64,000 bases of DNA from Amoebophrya sp. A120. Its lineage: Eukaryota; Protista; Dinoflagellata. This document shows positions 48,631-61,499 of this stretch, in pieces; position 1 is the first letter of the stretch; each line of letters opens with the position of its first letter. The stretch is taken from positions 662,609 to 726,608 of the forward strand of contig CAJINV010000018.1 of the NCBI GenBank assembly GCA_905178155.1. The letters run 5' to 3'. The notes below the pieces were generated by a model that saw nothing but the letters and a program-made list of their open reading frames with translations, was not told the DNA's origin and did no database searches. Position numbers and translations under genes: made by a program.

Positions 48631-51600
48631 TAAATAGAAAGGCTTACTGAAGAAACATCAAAAAAAAATCAGTCGTAGTCGTAGTGAGTGGCCAGGAGTT
48701 GATGTCGTGTTCTTTCGTGTGTTTCAGCAATGCAAAATAAATGGCAGTGTGTGTGTGTCGTGTGTAAAAGGATTACATCTCATGGACGTCCTCGTAGGAG
48801 TCAAGACCTCCAAGAGGGTGTGTATGAATATACACGAACACAATTTCTCAAAAAGTACAAAAAAATTATTGCGCGATTTGACTCTGGTACTAAAAAGCGC
48901 TCGTGTCCGTGCTCGCCACACGACGCTCCTCGAGATGAGGTGCTGTGCCTTTTCATCATGACAAGGGGATCTACTCGCTCCTCCGACGCGGGGGCTATCA
49001 TGATCCTTGCACGAATGATCCCTGAAAAAAAACTCGGAGGTCCTCGAGAAGTGAAGATGATCTGGATCTACAAAAAGAGGCATCAAGTCGGTCATCGTAA
49101 TGCGTAGCACCAGTGTCGTGGTCAAACCTCCGATGTCTCATTCTCATTCACCTCATGGTCATTGCATACACATAGTTTGCACTTGTTGGAGATGCGCTGT
49201 TTGTTTTTAATATGCATTCATATATGCATTCATTTGTTCATCAGCGACACACCTGGGCTGCAACTCGTCAATGATTCTGAACAAGTAACTCTCGGTACAC
49301 GACGACCGGTGAAAAATTTGATCATGCCGTGCTGCGGCGACAAATGCTAGTGCTTGCATACAACTAGCGGTCAGGCAGATGGAACGGAAATGCTGCTCTA
49401 CTTCTTTTTCTTGTTTACGATCACAAAATCGCAAAAATAAGTGTACATTTGATGAAAGTGATTTGGCTTATTAGGTTCTTGTTCGTTTTGTAAATAAATT
49501 TGTTTCTCCTCGCATAATCAGTTGTTGTAAATACCGGAGGTCGTGGCCAGCATTGCGGGCTTTAGTTGACACGCACACGATCCTATGTAAAAAAGCGTTC
49601 CCATGAGTTCTTGCCAGAATTGTCCTCAGGCATATTTGCATGCTCATGCTTTGTCTCATGCGAAGCAGCCTCTTCAGTTCTAGGAGCATTTTTTTTCTTA
49701 TGCCGTGGGACTTTGTCAACATCATGCTGTATTAAGTGGCATAGGCATACAATGGAGCTGCTAGGTTTCGGTTTGTGATGTGCCACTACCACTAGCCTTC
49801 AACCAGCACGACAATACAACTATCTAGAGCAGACCCAAACATGTAAGTTATGCCCGACAACTAGTAAACCTTGTTGACCACTCGCGCACTATGCAAAATT
49901 TACTTGGCTCTGGAGAGTTCGTTGGGGACCTCGTTTTTACACAAGATATGACGTGTTGGTCCTGTATTATGTCATCGTCGACGACAGAGAGGCCACGTTT
50001 CATCTTCAGCATCGCAAGCAAAAAGTGTCTCAGTCTCAACTTGTTGTAAAAAAGCGCAACTTTCTACAGACCGTTTTTTGTCATGCTCGAGGTCAAGATA
50101 GATGCAACTGCACGAAAGTCGGCTGCTATATGCGATCTGCCTTCTCGTGTCCGAGGACGCATCACAAGTTTTCCGTGGCATGTTGAGCAAATCATTTGTA
50201 TTGCTGGTTCTGATACAAAGGTCTGTTGAGACTGAGACTGTTTATTTTTCTGGTGATATTATTCATCTTCCGGGTAGAGTAAATATACGAGGATTCGGAG
50301 CCTTTATCTATGCCAAACGAAAACTCCTGGCTGAGTTTTAGTGAAAGTATGTACATCAGAGATATGACGCGCTCAGATGTTACAATCTCAAGCGTTGCAA
50401 CAGAGTGGGGAGTCATTTGTCTTGCTCTTGCATAGCGGTTCAGCACTAGAAATACATACGCAGAGCGTTGCGCTTTTTGCAAAACAAATTTCGGCGAGTT
50501 CTAATGCAGTTGGGGACTCCAGCAGAACTTCAGCTAGTACTTGTCATGATACTATATAGCCATGCGTATATCTGTTCTAGCATGAGCGTGAGCTTTTTGC
50601 TTCTGCATAGGGACGACCATGGTGCCTACTCATTGTAACGCTTGAGACTGTAACACCTGAGCAGCTGTATAAAAAATGAATCATGTTGCTAACAATGACG
50701 AATCAAAATAAATCATGGACTACAGCAGCATGGTGGCCAAGGAAGGTGCTGACACACACCACCGTGCTGATGGTCTTGGTTTCATCTCTCCATAATGCGG
50801 ACATCAATTCTACTTGTTGTAATATCTTCGGGTATACTTGTTCTAATATCTGTATCTGCTTCCACTATCAGTCTTTCCCATGGCTGCATTGCAACCGATA
50901 CAGCTATCCCGGAAAAGAAAACTCGCCAACCATGGCCATTTTCTATGACAAAGAACTCGTCAGGCTTGATTGATTCCGATGGATTCGAGCCACCAAACCA
51001 TGGCATAGTAAAGTGCCAACGTTTGCAACCGCAATGTGTATGTGACAACGAAAAGGCAAAGGAAGGCACCTACTGCTGGTGCAATGTGAAATAAAAAAGC
51101 GCATGTAGCTAACTACTTAGGTGCCGGACGGGGAGGTGATAGCGTTAGGGCCATTGGCGTTCTCTTGCCCCGGGCTGGCCGCCCAGGGCCGAAAAAGTGA
51201 GCAACTAAGTCACGCACCAGCCCCGAGCGCATAGTCATAGTGCATAGGATGCGGCCCGGAGGCTCTCCGCTGTGTTTATTTTGCTTTCAACACGGATACC
51301 AGGGCCACCACTAAGAAACGGCCGCAGGCTAATGCGTCGGAACGGCACCCGAGGTCTGTGCTGTTTGGCCTGTCGTGTTCCGCTTTCTCATCTCCGGGGC
51401 CTTTGCGCCCTGCTCGTGCCTGCTGGATATATCTCGCCAGACAACGGCAAAACGACACAAAAAGAAATTTTCGCTTTGACAATCACAATTTTCCTAAATT
51501 TGCTTGGAAAGACTCGCGCGGCCGCGGGTATGGGCCCGGCCCGGGCAACGCGGGAGGCACCGAAATTATTTGGGACTATGACTATACCATGCGGGCAGTT

Positions 51601-52319
51601 GGCCTCTTCATCATTTGGCTGGCGCTTTTTTGTCTTGTGCGTCCTACAACTGTTCCGCGTCCTCGCCTGCGCGAACTACCTTCCGCCCAGGCTTCGGCAG
51701 CCGCCGAAAACGCGGCCATCTTTTTTGTCACGGGAAAATCGCAGTCGCGCCAGCGCACTACCTCGCTGCTTTTATCTCGTGCGTGGCTTTTTTGGGCACA
51801 CTTTTGGGCGCCCGAAAATCGCCAGAACCTAAGGAGCAGGCGGCGGGCGGCCGCTCAGAAGGTGCGCCGGTTTTGCCTCTTTGTGGCCACCCCTTCGCCT
51901 CAGAAGGTGGACACCAGGTCAACTAAAACAAGGCGAAAAGGACCAGCCGCCAATTGCTAGAATGCGAAACGAATCGCCGCAATCGCTGTCGCATCCACTC
52001 CAACTCACATCATTAAAAATAGTTGAGCGGTAGACTGGACGTAAGTAGCGCGCACTTTTTAGTTGTAGAGGCGACATCATTTTCAAAAGGGCAGACACAC
52101 TGACAGCACTTTTTTGAATTTGTTCGTCTAAAAATGCCTTCGCTCGCTACGGCTACTGGGAAGTACTTTTACTTTCTTAGTTACTGTTGCTTCTACACGA
52201 AGTAGAGTTCCCGCACGATAGATAGTAGGTGAAGCAGTTTTCTCCTCCGGGATAGGCAGATGATGGCTTTTGTTTCCGGGAGATGACACCAGCATCGATA
52301 TAATTGTGGATAGATCTTG

Positions 52320-52631
52320 TATGGGAGTGTCAGGTTTGAAATCGACAAAGTTGAAATAATTTGTCATGCTTGCATAAAATGGATGCCAGTTAGACCTGCA
52401 GTTTGTAGTCGGTGCATGACAAATTTTCCCGGTCCTGGAAGCGGGTCTGTCATGCGGTTTAGGGCAAAAGAGCGGCCTTCTCTCATGCTAGTCACCGGCC
52501 CAACTTTTGACCCTTACCAGGACTATAATCTGCCTCCCTTGCGTCCTCTGCAATAGAGTCACTTTTTGCATCGCATTTTATGCATTGCAAGTTATTTCAA
52601 CTTTGTCGATTTCAACTCTGACACATCCATA
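52320..52631. mobile_element. TIR introner family A
   Basis: tatgggagtgtcaggtttgaaatcgacaaagttgaaataa / ttatttcaactttgtcgatttcaactctgacacatccata; TSD tcttg/tcctg; host gene not resolved. Confidence 0.9.
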
Positions 52632-52648
52632 TCCTGCTGATGTCGTTG

Positions 52649-52994
52649 TATCAAGTGCAAACCTCTCTCCGGTCTGGAAGGATGCGACAAAGCTGCTCAT
52701 GCTCAGCTAGAATGGCGCCATCTATCAGGTCGTCTGTCATGCACGCTCTTGTTATCCAAGAGCGGTCTTCATCATCTTTTTCTATTACGCTGGAAAAATA
52801 ACTATGGAGGAGGTTGTAATGGAGACATAGAAAACGCATGGTAGTTCATCAAAAACTTGTCCACATGCTTAGCCGCTAGTGGTGGCGTGCTCATATCAAC
52901 ATTGACATTCTCCAACCACCGCTAGCAATGCAAGTAACAGTAAAGTATTTTCAATTTCATCTTCCAGACCCAGACATCATAAGTGCGTTTGATA
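52649..52994. mobile_element. TIR introner family D
   Basis: tatcaagtgc...ggtctggaag / cttccagacccagac...gcgtttgata; TSD cgttg/cgtcg. Confidence 0.8.
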
Positions 52995-55202
52995 CGTCGT
53001 GGATTTATGCAGATGCAAAATGAATTGTCGGTGTCAGGGTTTGGGTTTGCCGGGCTTGTCGAGAAAGAGAAGCCATGGATGCCGTGTCGGAAAAAAGAAC
53101 ACGTAAATCAAGGGTCTAATTCTACTAACTTGTTCCTCTTGTGGCGTCGAGGTCGACATGGTCAAGAAGGATCGATTTTTATGCTTTTTCATATCAGATG
53201 AAAACAGATCCAGAACTCTGTAGCAATTTTCTAGTGTCCGTGCTTCGCAACGGACACAGAGTCACGGTTATTTGCATTTGTTTGTAGACGCCAGAATTCT
53301 GCAGATGCAGAAGGACGGCTTGCATATGCATGTTGCACCAGCAGCTTCAAAAATATCACGATGCAAACCACGCATGCATCTTCCAGGTAGCACATATTTT
53401 TCCTATGTATTAGTAGCACCCTGATACTAGTAGTACAAGTAAGATGGTCACACGACCACAATCGGGTGCTGTGCGCATGACAAAGACAAACGGCTAAACA
53501 GCAATGACTGAGAATAGGATCCATGGTTTTCTTTTCCCGGCGACTCTGACACGAGACAAAATCATCTTTCTTCAGACTGGATAGGCTTTGTCCCGTCACG
53601 AAATGAAATCAAAAAAATGGCATAGTACGGTATAACCTGCTCAGGTGTTACAATCTGCTCAAACGGTAGCAACAGAGTAATGCTAATGCTGTGCCGCAAA
53701 AATAAGTGCATCTGCATCATCTAGCACAGGATTGCGCATGACAAGTTCCGAAGCTGCCCGTTCAGATGAATCTGGCGAATGGAGAGAAAGTCCGTTTAAA
53801 TGAAAAAAAGGATTGCGCATATACAATACAGCCCGTGCTTGCGGATAAAGCTGGCGAAATTTGTACCTATTTTTCATGCGAAAAGCGCAAGGCATCCTTC
53901 CATGTAGTTGTTCCGCATGCTCTCTATGCAAGACAAATTATACAGACTCTGTTTTATTATTGTAATGCTTGAGATGGTAACACTTGTGCGGGTCATATAC
54001 GAGTTGTGTTGAGATGTGCTGCTCGAGTTGTTGAGTAAAAGAAAAGTGTGATTTTTTGCTTCAGGAATATGCGATATCCAAGGAAAAAACTGCGATAGTG
54101 CACCTGCTTTGGTGAGAACGAGAAGAGCATCTATTTGACCTACTGCCAGTCTCTTCTTTTTCTTCACATGCGAATGTGACTTCTGTGACACTTTACAACA
54201 CATTCATGCATCAAGGTAGGTTTAATGTCAATACCACGACGGACAAATTGAAATTGGCATGTACGTTGGCCGCTGTATTAATACGAATACAAATTTGCTT
54301 GCACCACTGCCGTGTGTTTGAATATGCAAGAAGGCTCTCTTGCTCATGTTGTTCTACACCCAGTTACACTTCCACCGTTAGATGATTTCCGTGGATACCA
54401 TGGTGCACAGCTCCCCCTTGACCCTCTCGTTTGTCGTGTTCATTACATTGGCAGGCACGAAGTGTAGATCATCAAATAGACTCAGTAGAACAGAATTGCG
54501 GTGAGAAGTGTAAAATAAATAGCTACACATGAGCCTATTGCTCATAAACTGACGCATAACAAAAGCAAAACAAAGCGGAGGAGTATTCGTCTCTTCCTCT
54601 TGCATACATTTCGATTTTCATACATTAGTTTGCTCTAGTTGCATGACAAAGACAATAAACTGGAGCAGTGAAGAACAAAGGGGGGTGGTGCACTTGGATA
54701 GATAGAAGTTCTTGCATTTGATTTTGATGTGAAGAATGGAAACGGCGTCGAGAACTACCCATCTCGCGCTTGCACTTGCCCCCGCATAGCTCTTGATGCC
54801 GTCGAGCAGGATATTATGGATAAAACAGGAGGCAAGAGCCGCGTGATCTTGTTCGCTAGAAAAACTATAAAAAATCTGTTGAGTTGTGATGCTTGTGAAC
54901 ATATAATCTTGTTTATCAATCTTCTTCTGCTATAATTGCATAGTATTTTGGAATAAGTATAGTGTTGAAATGTGAAAAAGAAAATGGGTTTGGTCTTGAT
55001 AATTTTTGCTTGAATACGATAACGATTTTTTGGCTTGATCAACGATATGCAGTTTCAAAAATTGAAATAAGCACTTCGCGGAAAAAAAAATGTGATGATA
55101 GACCCAGCTGCAGCTCGTGGACCAGTTTTGTGTTGATGGAAATTATCAGTTGGCACCGCCCCCAGTCGCTGCAGTCAGGAGCTGGCGACGATCCTTTTCT
55201 CG

Positions 55203-58200
55203 TCACTCCGCCTGGTTAACCACTCCGCTCTGACTGGAACCCATCGCGCCGCTACCGCCGCCGTCCCCTCGGTTGCTGCGGCTGGCCTTGTCTGGGTTTT
55301 TCGCGATTGGGTCGGTCTTTTTGATCTTCTCCAACCGTCGGTAGACTTCGGTGCTGCCGTATGCAAGAAATGAACTGTGTATAGAAGTTGCGTAACAAAT
55401 CGATCCTGTAGTAAAAAATATATATGCTTCTATATTGAGCAATTCATGCAACAGAGACACACTTGTTGTCCTGCCGTGCTGGCCAGCAGCTCTGGGATCC
55501 TCTTTACATTTTGATTTTGCTTCCACGTTGTACTAGCTGACAGGCTGAAGATTAGATATCATGCGGAACAAGTTCTTTGTGATGCTGCTCTGCTTCTAAG
55601 AAACCTGCGGTAACTACACTGTTTTTCTCGTTGGATATGCTGGGACGGACTTCCTGGTCGAAGCTGAAGCACTGGCCGTGTATACATTGCAAAAGTATCC
55701 TATCGTACTAGTATAAATTGCATTACAAATTTTATCAGAAAGAATTTGTAATGCTAATTCAGGTAAAAAGGTAGGTTTGTCATGCAAGATTGGAATTAGT
55801 ACGAGTACGATAGTTTTGCACAGGATACCGTGTCCTGAGCAACAACGTCCCTACCCCGCCTTGTCATACATATTTGCATGGCGAGGACATCTGTAACGCG
55901 GCTTCGCATGATGAATGGTGCTTTCTAGTGAGTCGCCGTATTTGAAAATCCTTCTGTCTTCATGCGCTAATGCTAAAGCTAACCAGGATAGAAATAAAGT
56001 GGATCATTTATTGTCATAATGCCCTTACTAGACAGGCTAGGCACGAGGACTGTAAAAAAACTTACATCTTCGCCAAACTAACTCCTAAAGCTCTGGAACT
56101 GGAGTTGTCTTGCAGGGTTTTCCTTTCTAGTTTTGCCTCTCTTGCCTGCGGGAGCGGATTATTACTAGTACAAGTACTACCCTTTCGCTATTTACGAGAT
56201 TTGTGTTGCAGAGGTCCCATCATCTTGAATGATGACGCGGGAGTAGGGACGTTTTTCCTCAGGGTAGGCCGTATGGATGTGTCAGGATTGAAATCGACAA
56301 AGTTGAAATAACTTGCAATGCATAAAATGAATGAAAGCTGAGACCCAGTTTTCAAGTGGCGCATGACAAATTTAGGTAGAGCCGGAATCCAGTTTGTCAT
56401 GCTGTTTGCGTAAGAAAGACGCCTTTTGTCATGCTACTTTAGCATCTCAGTTTCTACCCGTCGAGAGGCTTACAATCTGCCTCACTTGCCTACTCTGCAA
56501 GACAGGCACTTTCTGCGTTGCATTTTATGCATGACAAACTATTTCAACTTTGAGCATTTCAAACCTGACGCTTCCATAAGCCGATCAGCGTCTTTACTGC
56601 CTGGATTTCGATGTGATCCGGTGTGGACGGTGGTCGTTTCTGCACGGTCATTATCAAGTGCAAACGTGTCTGGGTCGTCTGGAAGATTCCGAGATTTGTC
56701 ACGCGGTTTTTCCAAGGTCCACCAAGTCTGGAATGCAGGCCCTAGCATCACCGGTAGTTCTGCAGCCCTTTGGTGATGCCTATTCTGCATGACCACAGGA
56801 GATGCCCTCTCAGCATGGCCAGAAGTGGGGACCTTTTGCAAGTCATGCAACACAGATTTTTCTAGCATCTGCAACACGCATCACAAGTTCGCATCCTTCC
56901 AGACACAGACCACACATTCGCAGCATTTGATAGTCATTATGTTCGTTAGCGTCGGCATATCCTTGACACCGTCATAGGGGATCGTGCCGCCAAATATCTC
57001 CGAGTATCGTGAGAAAAAAGTGTCACAGTTACTACTTACATATTGTGAACCGGTTTCAACATCAACATGACGGAAATGCTTGCTGCAAGCCACCTCGCTT
57101 CCTGCGTCTTTTTTTCGCTTCATGACAACGATCTCTAACTCTACGTTGCAGTTTTTTTCTTTGGTCCTGCTGAAGTTGCACCATGCGTACTAACTGTCAC
57201 ACTTTTTTTCTTGAATACACAGAAGATACCTGATGGTCAATAAATTGATCGTGTTCCGACATTGCATTCACCATCGTGCACGACAAAATGAAAAACAAAG
57301 CCCTTAAAAATCCACAATGTCTGCTATCCTTTTTTCACCATGACTACGTGTGCGTGTCGTTCAAGAAAACTTCTACCCGTTTCAAAGTCATCTACTCCTG
57401 GCACTTCTAGTTTTCTTTTACACTATCTAGCCAAAGACGATGATGAAATTACAAATATTATGTACATGACATCGCCCAGACGTCGATTTTTTCTGTGATC
57501 TTGAGCTTCTTATCGAAGAGTTCCGGAGCCATATATCGGGGTGATCCGCCGTTATGCCTTGCCCGCGCGTTGTTTTTGTCGATGTACCTTTGATGGTGTT
57601 CTATGCATCGCAAACAGGTGCAATTGGGTCAGGGTCTGGAAATTAATAATTTGTGTGGCTGATATCAAATTAGAAGCACTGCAATCTTCAAGGACGCAGA
57701 GCAGCTACCGCTCGCACAGAAAACTAGCAGGAGCAGAAGTCTTTCATCAATCTGCATCACAGCTCTTTGGGCTGATGGCCTTCAGATTGTGCATGACAAA
57801 CGACCCAGAGCCAGTAGACAAATTACAATGCATATGTTCAACATGGTGGGGGCAATGTCAAAAATCATGCTCCAGGTCGTGGAGGTTCCAGCCTCTATGA
57901 GAGTGCACAACGGAGCGAGCCGCTTCCCCTCCCCGTCATGTGTATGGCATGCAGAGCTACAGCTAGAAAACAACCCTAACGAACAGCACTGAGGTAGCTG
58001 TGCGCTTTGCAGTCCAGACACGGAGCGCAGTGCGCTCTGCAGTGGCTTCTGTAGGTCGTCCATAGTCTCAGGAAAGAAAGTCATAGTCACAAGGCGAAGG
58101 CAACGGCACAAGCGAAAAAAAAATATCTCTGGCGCATAGCATGCGGATTGGCTCTCCACGTCCTCTGCCGTGCTTTTTCTTTTTTGCGTTTTTCTTTTTA

Positions 58201-61200
58201 CTTTTCGCGTCTGCACTTTTTGCAAAACTTCCTCGGCTCAGAAACCGGCGAAAAAGTGGCCGCTATTACGGTCGCCCAAAATGCTCCGAAACCTCGGCCG
58301 CGCCGTGCGATTTGGCTGTTTCAATTTCGGGCGCGTTTTTTTGGGCGCCTATTTGGGCGACTCAAATCGTCACCAGAATCCCACACGGCGGACGCCTTAG
58401 AAGGGCGCCGCCCTTGCTGGCGCCCCAGCGTCGTTTTATGAAGCGGGGACCGATAGCCATAGCGTCCCCCCCGCCGCGATTTGTCGCCAAAAAAGCCGAA
58501 CAGGCTTGGGCTTGCGCGCTGGGATTTTCTTCATCCTGAGAGACGCTCTTACTTACTTTAGGCTTGCAAACTGCCGGCCATTTTTGGCCATTGATGTCAA
58601 GAAAACTCCCCGGCTATCGAACCGTTCGGTGACCTCGCTGCCTGCTATGATTGATGCATCTTCTCATGCAAAAATCTGTGATCAGGATGCATGCGCATCA
58701 ACACAAAAAGTACTAGCACTAATTTTTGCTGTTACAACACATCTTCAGAGCTGCGTGCTGCAGATTCCTCGCACGCCCCGTTCATCATCTTCTGGAGAAT
58801 ATCACTTTATAGGACGAAATTGAAGCTAAAGGATAGTACTCTGTCAAGCCGAAGTCGCACAGCTTTATGTTGAACTTCAGGTCGAGGACGACATTCAGGC
58901 TCTTCAGGTATCAACTGCAAATATGTAGTCTGGCTCAGGGACAGGGTCTGGACGAACTAGAAATGAGTATAAGCTGTAACTGTATTAAAATGTCGTCCTG
59001 TGAAATAAATTGATGCTCGCACGACTGCAAAAATACGAATACATACAGGGCCAAGCATGACAAGTTACTTTCAGAGCTCCTTGGACATGGTGTATCCTTT
59101 TCCGAATCATGACAAGAAACCAACTGCGTTTCTTGTTTTGCATGCCAAGCTAGAGTAGAGGCTCCTTTCCTGCGTGCCCATGCATCACAGAAGCAGGGGG
59201 CATGACAAAAAATCATGCGTTCTTCCAGCAGACCCAGACATGATATTATTTGCAGTTGATACCAGGTCGCGGTGTACCACAACTGGGTCCCGCGTGTGAA
59301 GATACTCGACGCCCTCGCACAGCTGTAGGAGAAAATACGTCCTTGGTCTTTTTCTCTAGTACTACATTGGAGCAGAAGCAGGTCCTGGCATAGGTGACTT
59401 CCGTCCTACTCGTTACATTACTAAACTCAATTTTCATCTGCAGCTGCACCTGCAGAGCGTACTACTACACTCATGCAGATTCTTGTCATGCGCGACGGAG
59501 TGCAATCTTTAAAAAATGTCGAAGAACTACAGCCGCATGGACATGGTGCAGGAGGGAACACCTTATATCTATTCCGTACTACTCATCTGTACCTGCATGC
59601 TCATGTTCATCGAGTGTCTGGTCGGCAGCTTGACCTTCCGCACGTGGAGGAAATTGTAGAGCGAGCCTGAAAGTAAAGAACATGCATTGCAACACCAAGT
59701 GTCTTTTTGTCATGCTAGAAAGCCAAGAGTGGCGGTGTTGTATGACAACCAACGTGACGAGGAGCATCAAATTCCTCTATCATGCGCATGACAAACCAAA
59801 AAGGAAAAACGTTTTTTTTTCTTTGAAAATGAAATCTCCTGAGATCATCAACAGAAAAATTTCATATTGAACTACTGTAGTACCGTTCGGCATGTATTCT
59901 GTGATAAAGCAGAGATGCGGGTGCTCGAAGCAGGCTCCCAGAAATCGCACAAGCCTCTTGTGGTTCAGGTGTCGAAAGGATTCGATCTCCTTTTTGAGTT
60001 CGTTTATCGCGTGGGAGTCGTGCTGCGCTTTCTGCGGGTCACGGTATCGGATTGCAAAACTCCCACCTGCCCTTATTTCTTGGGGTGCATGAAGAACTAC
60101 AGCAACGCAAGTAGTGTCACAATAAATCCGGCTTTCACATGACGAATCCATACACAATAAACTTCTGTATTTTAGTGCAGTTTTTCTTTGAGCTTCGTGA
60201 TGAACTTCGACTGCTAATCATGCAAGACATGCAAAGGACGAGTGGAGGACGGGACTTGGTATACAAGAACTGCAGCACAAACAATACATGAGGGAGACGG
60301 GGAGTTGTGTACTCTCCTACCCGGTACAGTGCTTTTATCGCTACCTCCTGTCCTTTCCACTTGCCCTTAAAAACCTTGATAATTTTATTGATATAGGTAA
60401 AGCTGCATTTCATAGCAACATGAACATACAACGCGTGCGACCAAAACCATTACAAAATTTTCAGGTTGACAACATATTGAAATTCCTTTTCGCATGAAAA
60501 ACCTCGACAGATGAAAGGCGTTTTTTCGAAGAAAAACTCGCAGTCTTCGTACTAGCAGTAAGTATGAAAGTACACAACTCCCCCTCCCCCTCTCTGAGCA
60601 GATGAAACACAAGCGAAAATGGCGGATGAGAATGAAATGCAGCTTTTGCGTGACAAACTCGCAGCCGGCCACTCAAGTGCTGTTTTGGCCGCTTCATGCG
60701 CAAACTGTCATGCAAGCAGTGGTAAGAGAAAATGAAAGAGGGTATTTTGCATGATAAAGAAAGGGGTCGGGGTGGAGGTGTTGTTCACTCTCATAAATAC
60801 GGCATTCTCTTACCTGTCCAAATTCCCCGTTCCCGAGTGTCTGATCTACATTGAGGTCTGCCCATTCGATTTCGGGAATGTCGCCGGCTACGCTTCTTCG
60901 CCCATTTGGTATTGCGCCCTTGATCCCACCGCCACCTTGGTTGTGCATTTGATTGTTATTGTTTCCTGCGTTGCTCATGCCACCTGGTGCCCCGTTTGCT
61001 GGCCCATTTTGCCACAGTCTTGGCGTCGCGATCTCGGGGTAGGGCACGGACAACTGTCGCGCCACCATGTTTGGCCCCGCCGCTGCAGGTCCGGCGCCCG
61101 CCGTCCCTACAGGGTTATTTATCTGCTGCACTGCAGGGTTATTTGCGTTACTGTAGTAGTCGTGTGGCTTGCTGCCGTGGTACTGTGGGTTTTGTCCATC

Positions 61201-61499
61201 TTGCTGCTGTATCCTGTGCAAAAGTATCGTACTCATACTAATTGCGGATATGCATGACAAATCCAACTTCCTACCTGAAATAGCATGACAAATTGCATTT
61301 CTGTTCTTGGAAAAATTTGTAATGCAATTCATACTACTACGATGCTTTTGCAGTGCATATGCTGGGGGAGCATGTTGTAGCTAGGATTTTTGTTAAAGGG
61401 TACTGATCCTGGCGGTGCGACGGCTGCGCCCGCAGCTCCACCGCCGTTGAGATGCACTCCTGATTGTCTTGCCATGTTGCTGTAATTGTGGTGGTCCAT
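55203..61499 (-). CDS. TKL-family (MLK/Raf-like) protein kinase with N/Q/G-rich N-terminus, multi-exon
   Basis: Reconstructed exons: EIEWADL...LGNGEFGQ/VFKGKWKGQEVAIK...EIESFRHLNHKRLVRFLGAC...ITEYMPNG/SLYNFLH...EGVEYLH...VVHRDL/KSLNVVLD...IKLCDFGLTE...GSPRYMAPELF...KIDVWAM...EIFGGTIPY...LIG/QCFSFDQEVRPS...*. The activation-loop exon is tentative. Confidence 0.9.
55360..55637. mobile_element. Degenerate TIR introner (kinase intron)
   Basis: TAT...ATA ends; TSD tgccg/tgctg; joins RPS-STEVYRRL. Confidence 0.72.
55681..55827. mobile_element. TIR introner family B, inserted into the terminus of the adjacent family C copy
   Basis: tatacattgcaaaagtatc / gatagttttgcacaggata; TSD ccgtg/ccgtg. Confidence 0.9.
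55831..56266. mobile_element. TIR introner family C-like (middle of the triple stack)
   Basis: tgtcctgagcaacaacgtccctaccccgc / gcgggagtagggacgtttttcctcagggta; TSD ggccg at 55674-55678 and 56267-56271. Confidence 0.82.
56272..56578. mobile_element. TIR introner family A (inserted at the TSD of the family C copy)
   Basis: ~50-bp TIR, highly similar to 3181-3488; TSD ggccg/agccg. Confidence 0.92.
56652..56932. mobile_element. TIR introner family D-like (kinase intron)
   Basis: tatcaagtgc...gtctggaag / cttccagac...gcatttgata; TSD gtcat/gtcat. Confidence 0.85.
57005..57217. mobile_element. TIR introner (kinase intron)
   Basis: tatcgtgagaaaaaagtgtcacagtta / taactgtcacactttttttcttgaata; flanks ccgag/cacag. 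Confidence 0.83.
57553..58138. mobile_element. Tentative degenerate or compound introner before GSPRY
   Basis: Left end tatgcc abuts the GSPRY exon; the right end ...gcgcata is a best guess (flanks gccgt/gcatg). Confidence 0.4.
58909..59261. mobile_element. TIR introner family D splitting the kinase catalytic loop HRDL|K
   Basis: tatcaactgcaaata / tatttgcagttgata; TSD tcagg/ccagg. Confidence 0.9.
60045..60319. mobile_element. Degenerate TIR introner (kinase intron)
   Basis: tatcggattgcaaaactccc / gggagttgtgtactctccta; TSD cacgg/cccgg; joins ALYR-DPQK. Confidence 0.72.
61210..61359. mobile_element. TIR introner family B (kinase first intron)
   Basis: tatcctgtgcaaaagtatcgta / tacgatgcttttgcagtgcata; TSD tgctg/tgctg; joins MLPQ-QQDG in frame. 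Confidence 0.92.

Noticed and set aside
48700-55100. Additional intron-rich genes (also at 700-2400, 8300-8700 and 61900-64000)
   Set aside because: Protein-like fragments exist, but I could not reconstruct frame, strand or identity reliably
58570-58595. Dinoflagellate spliced-leader relic
   Set aside because: Only gccattttt matches; the GGCTCAAG end is absent
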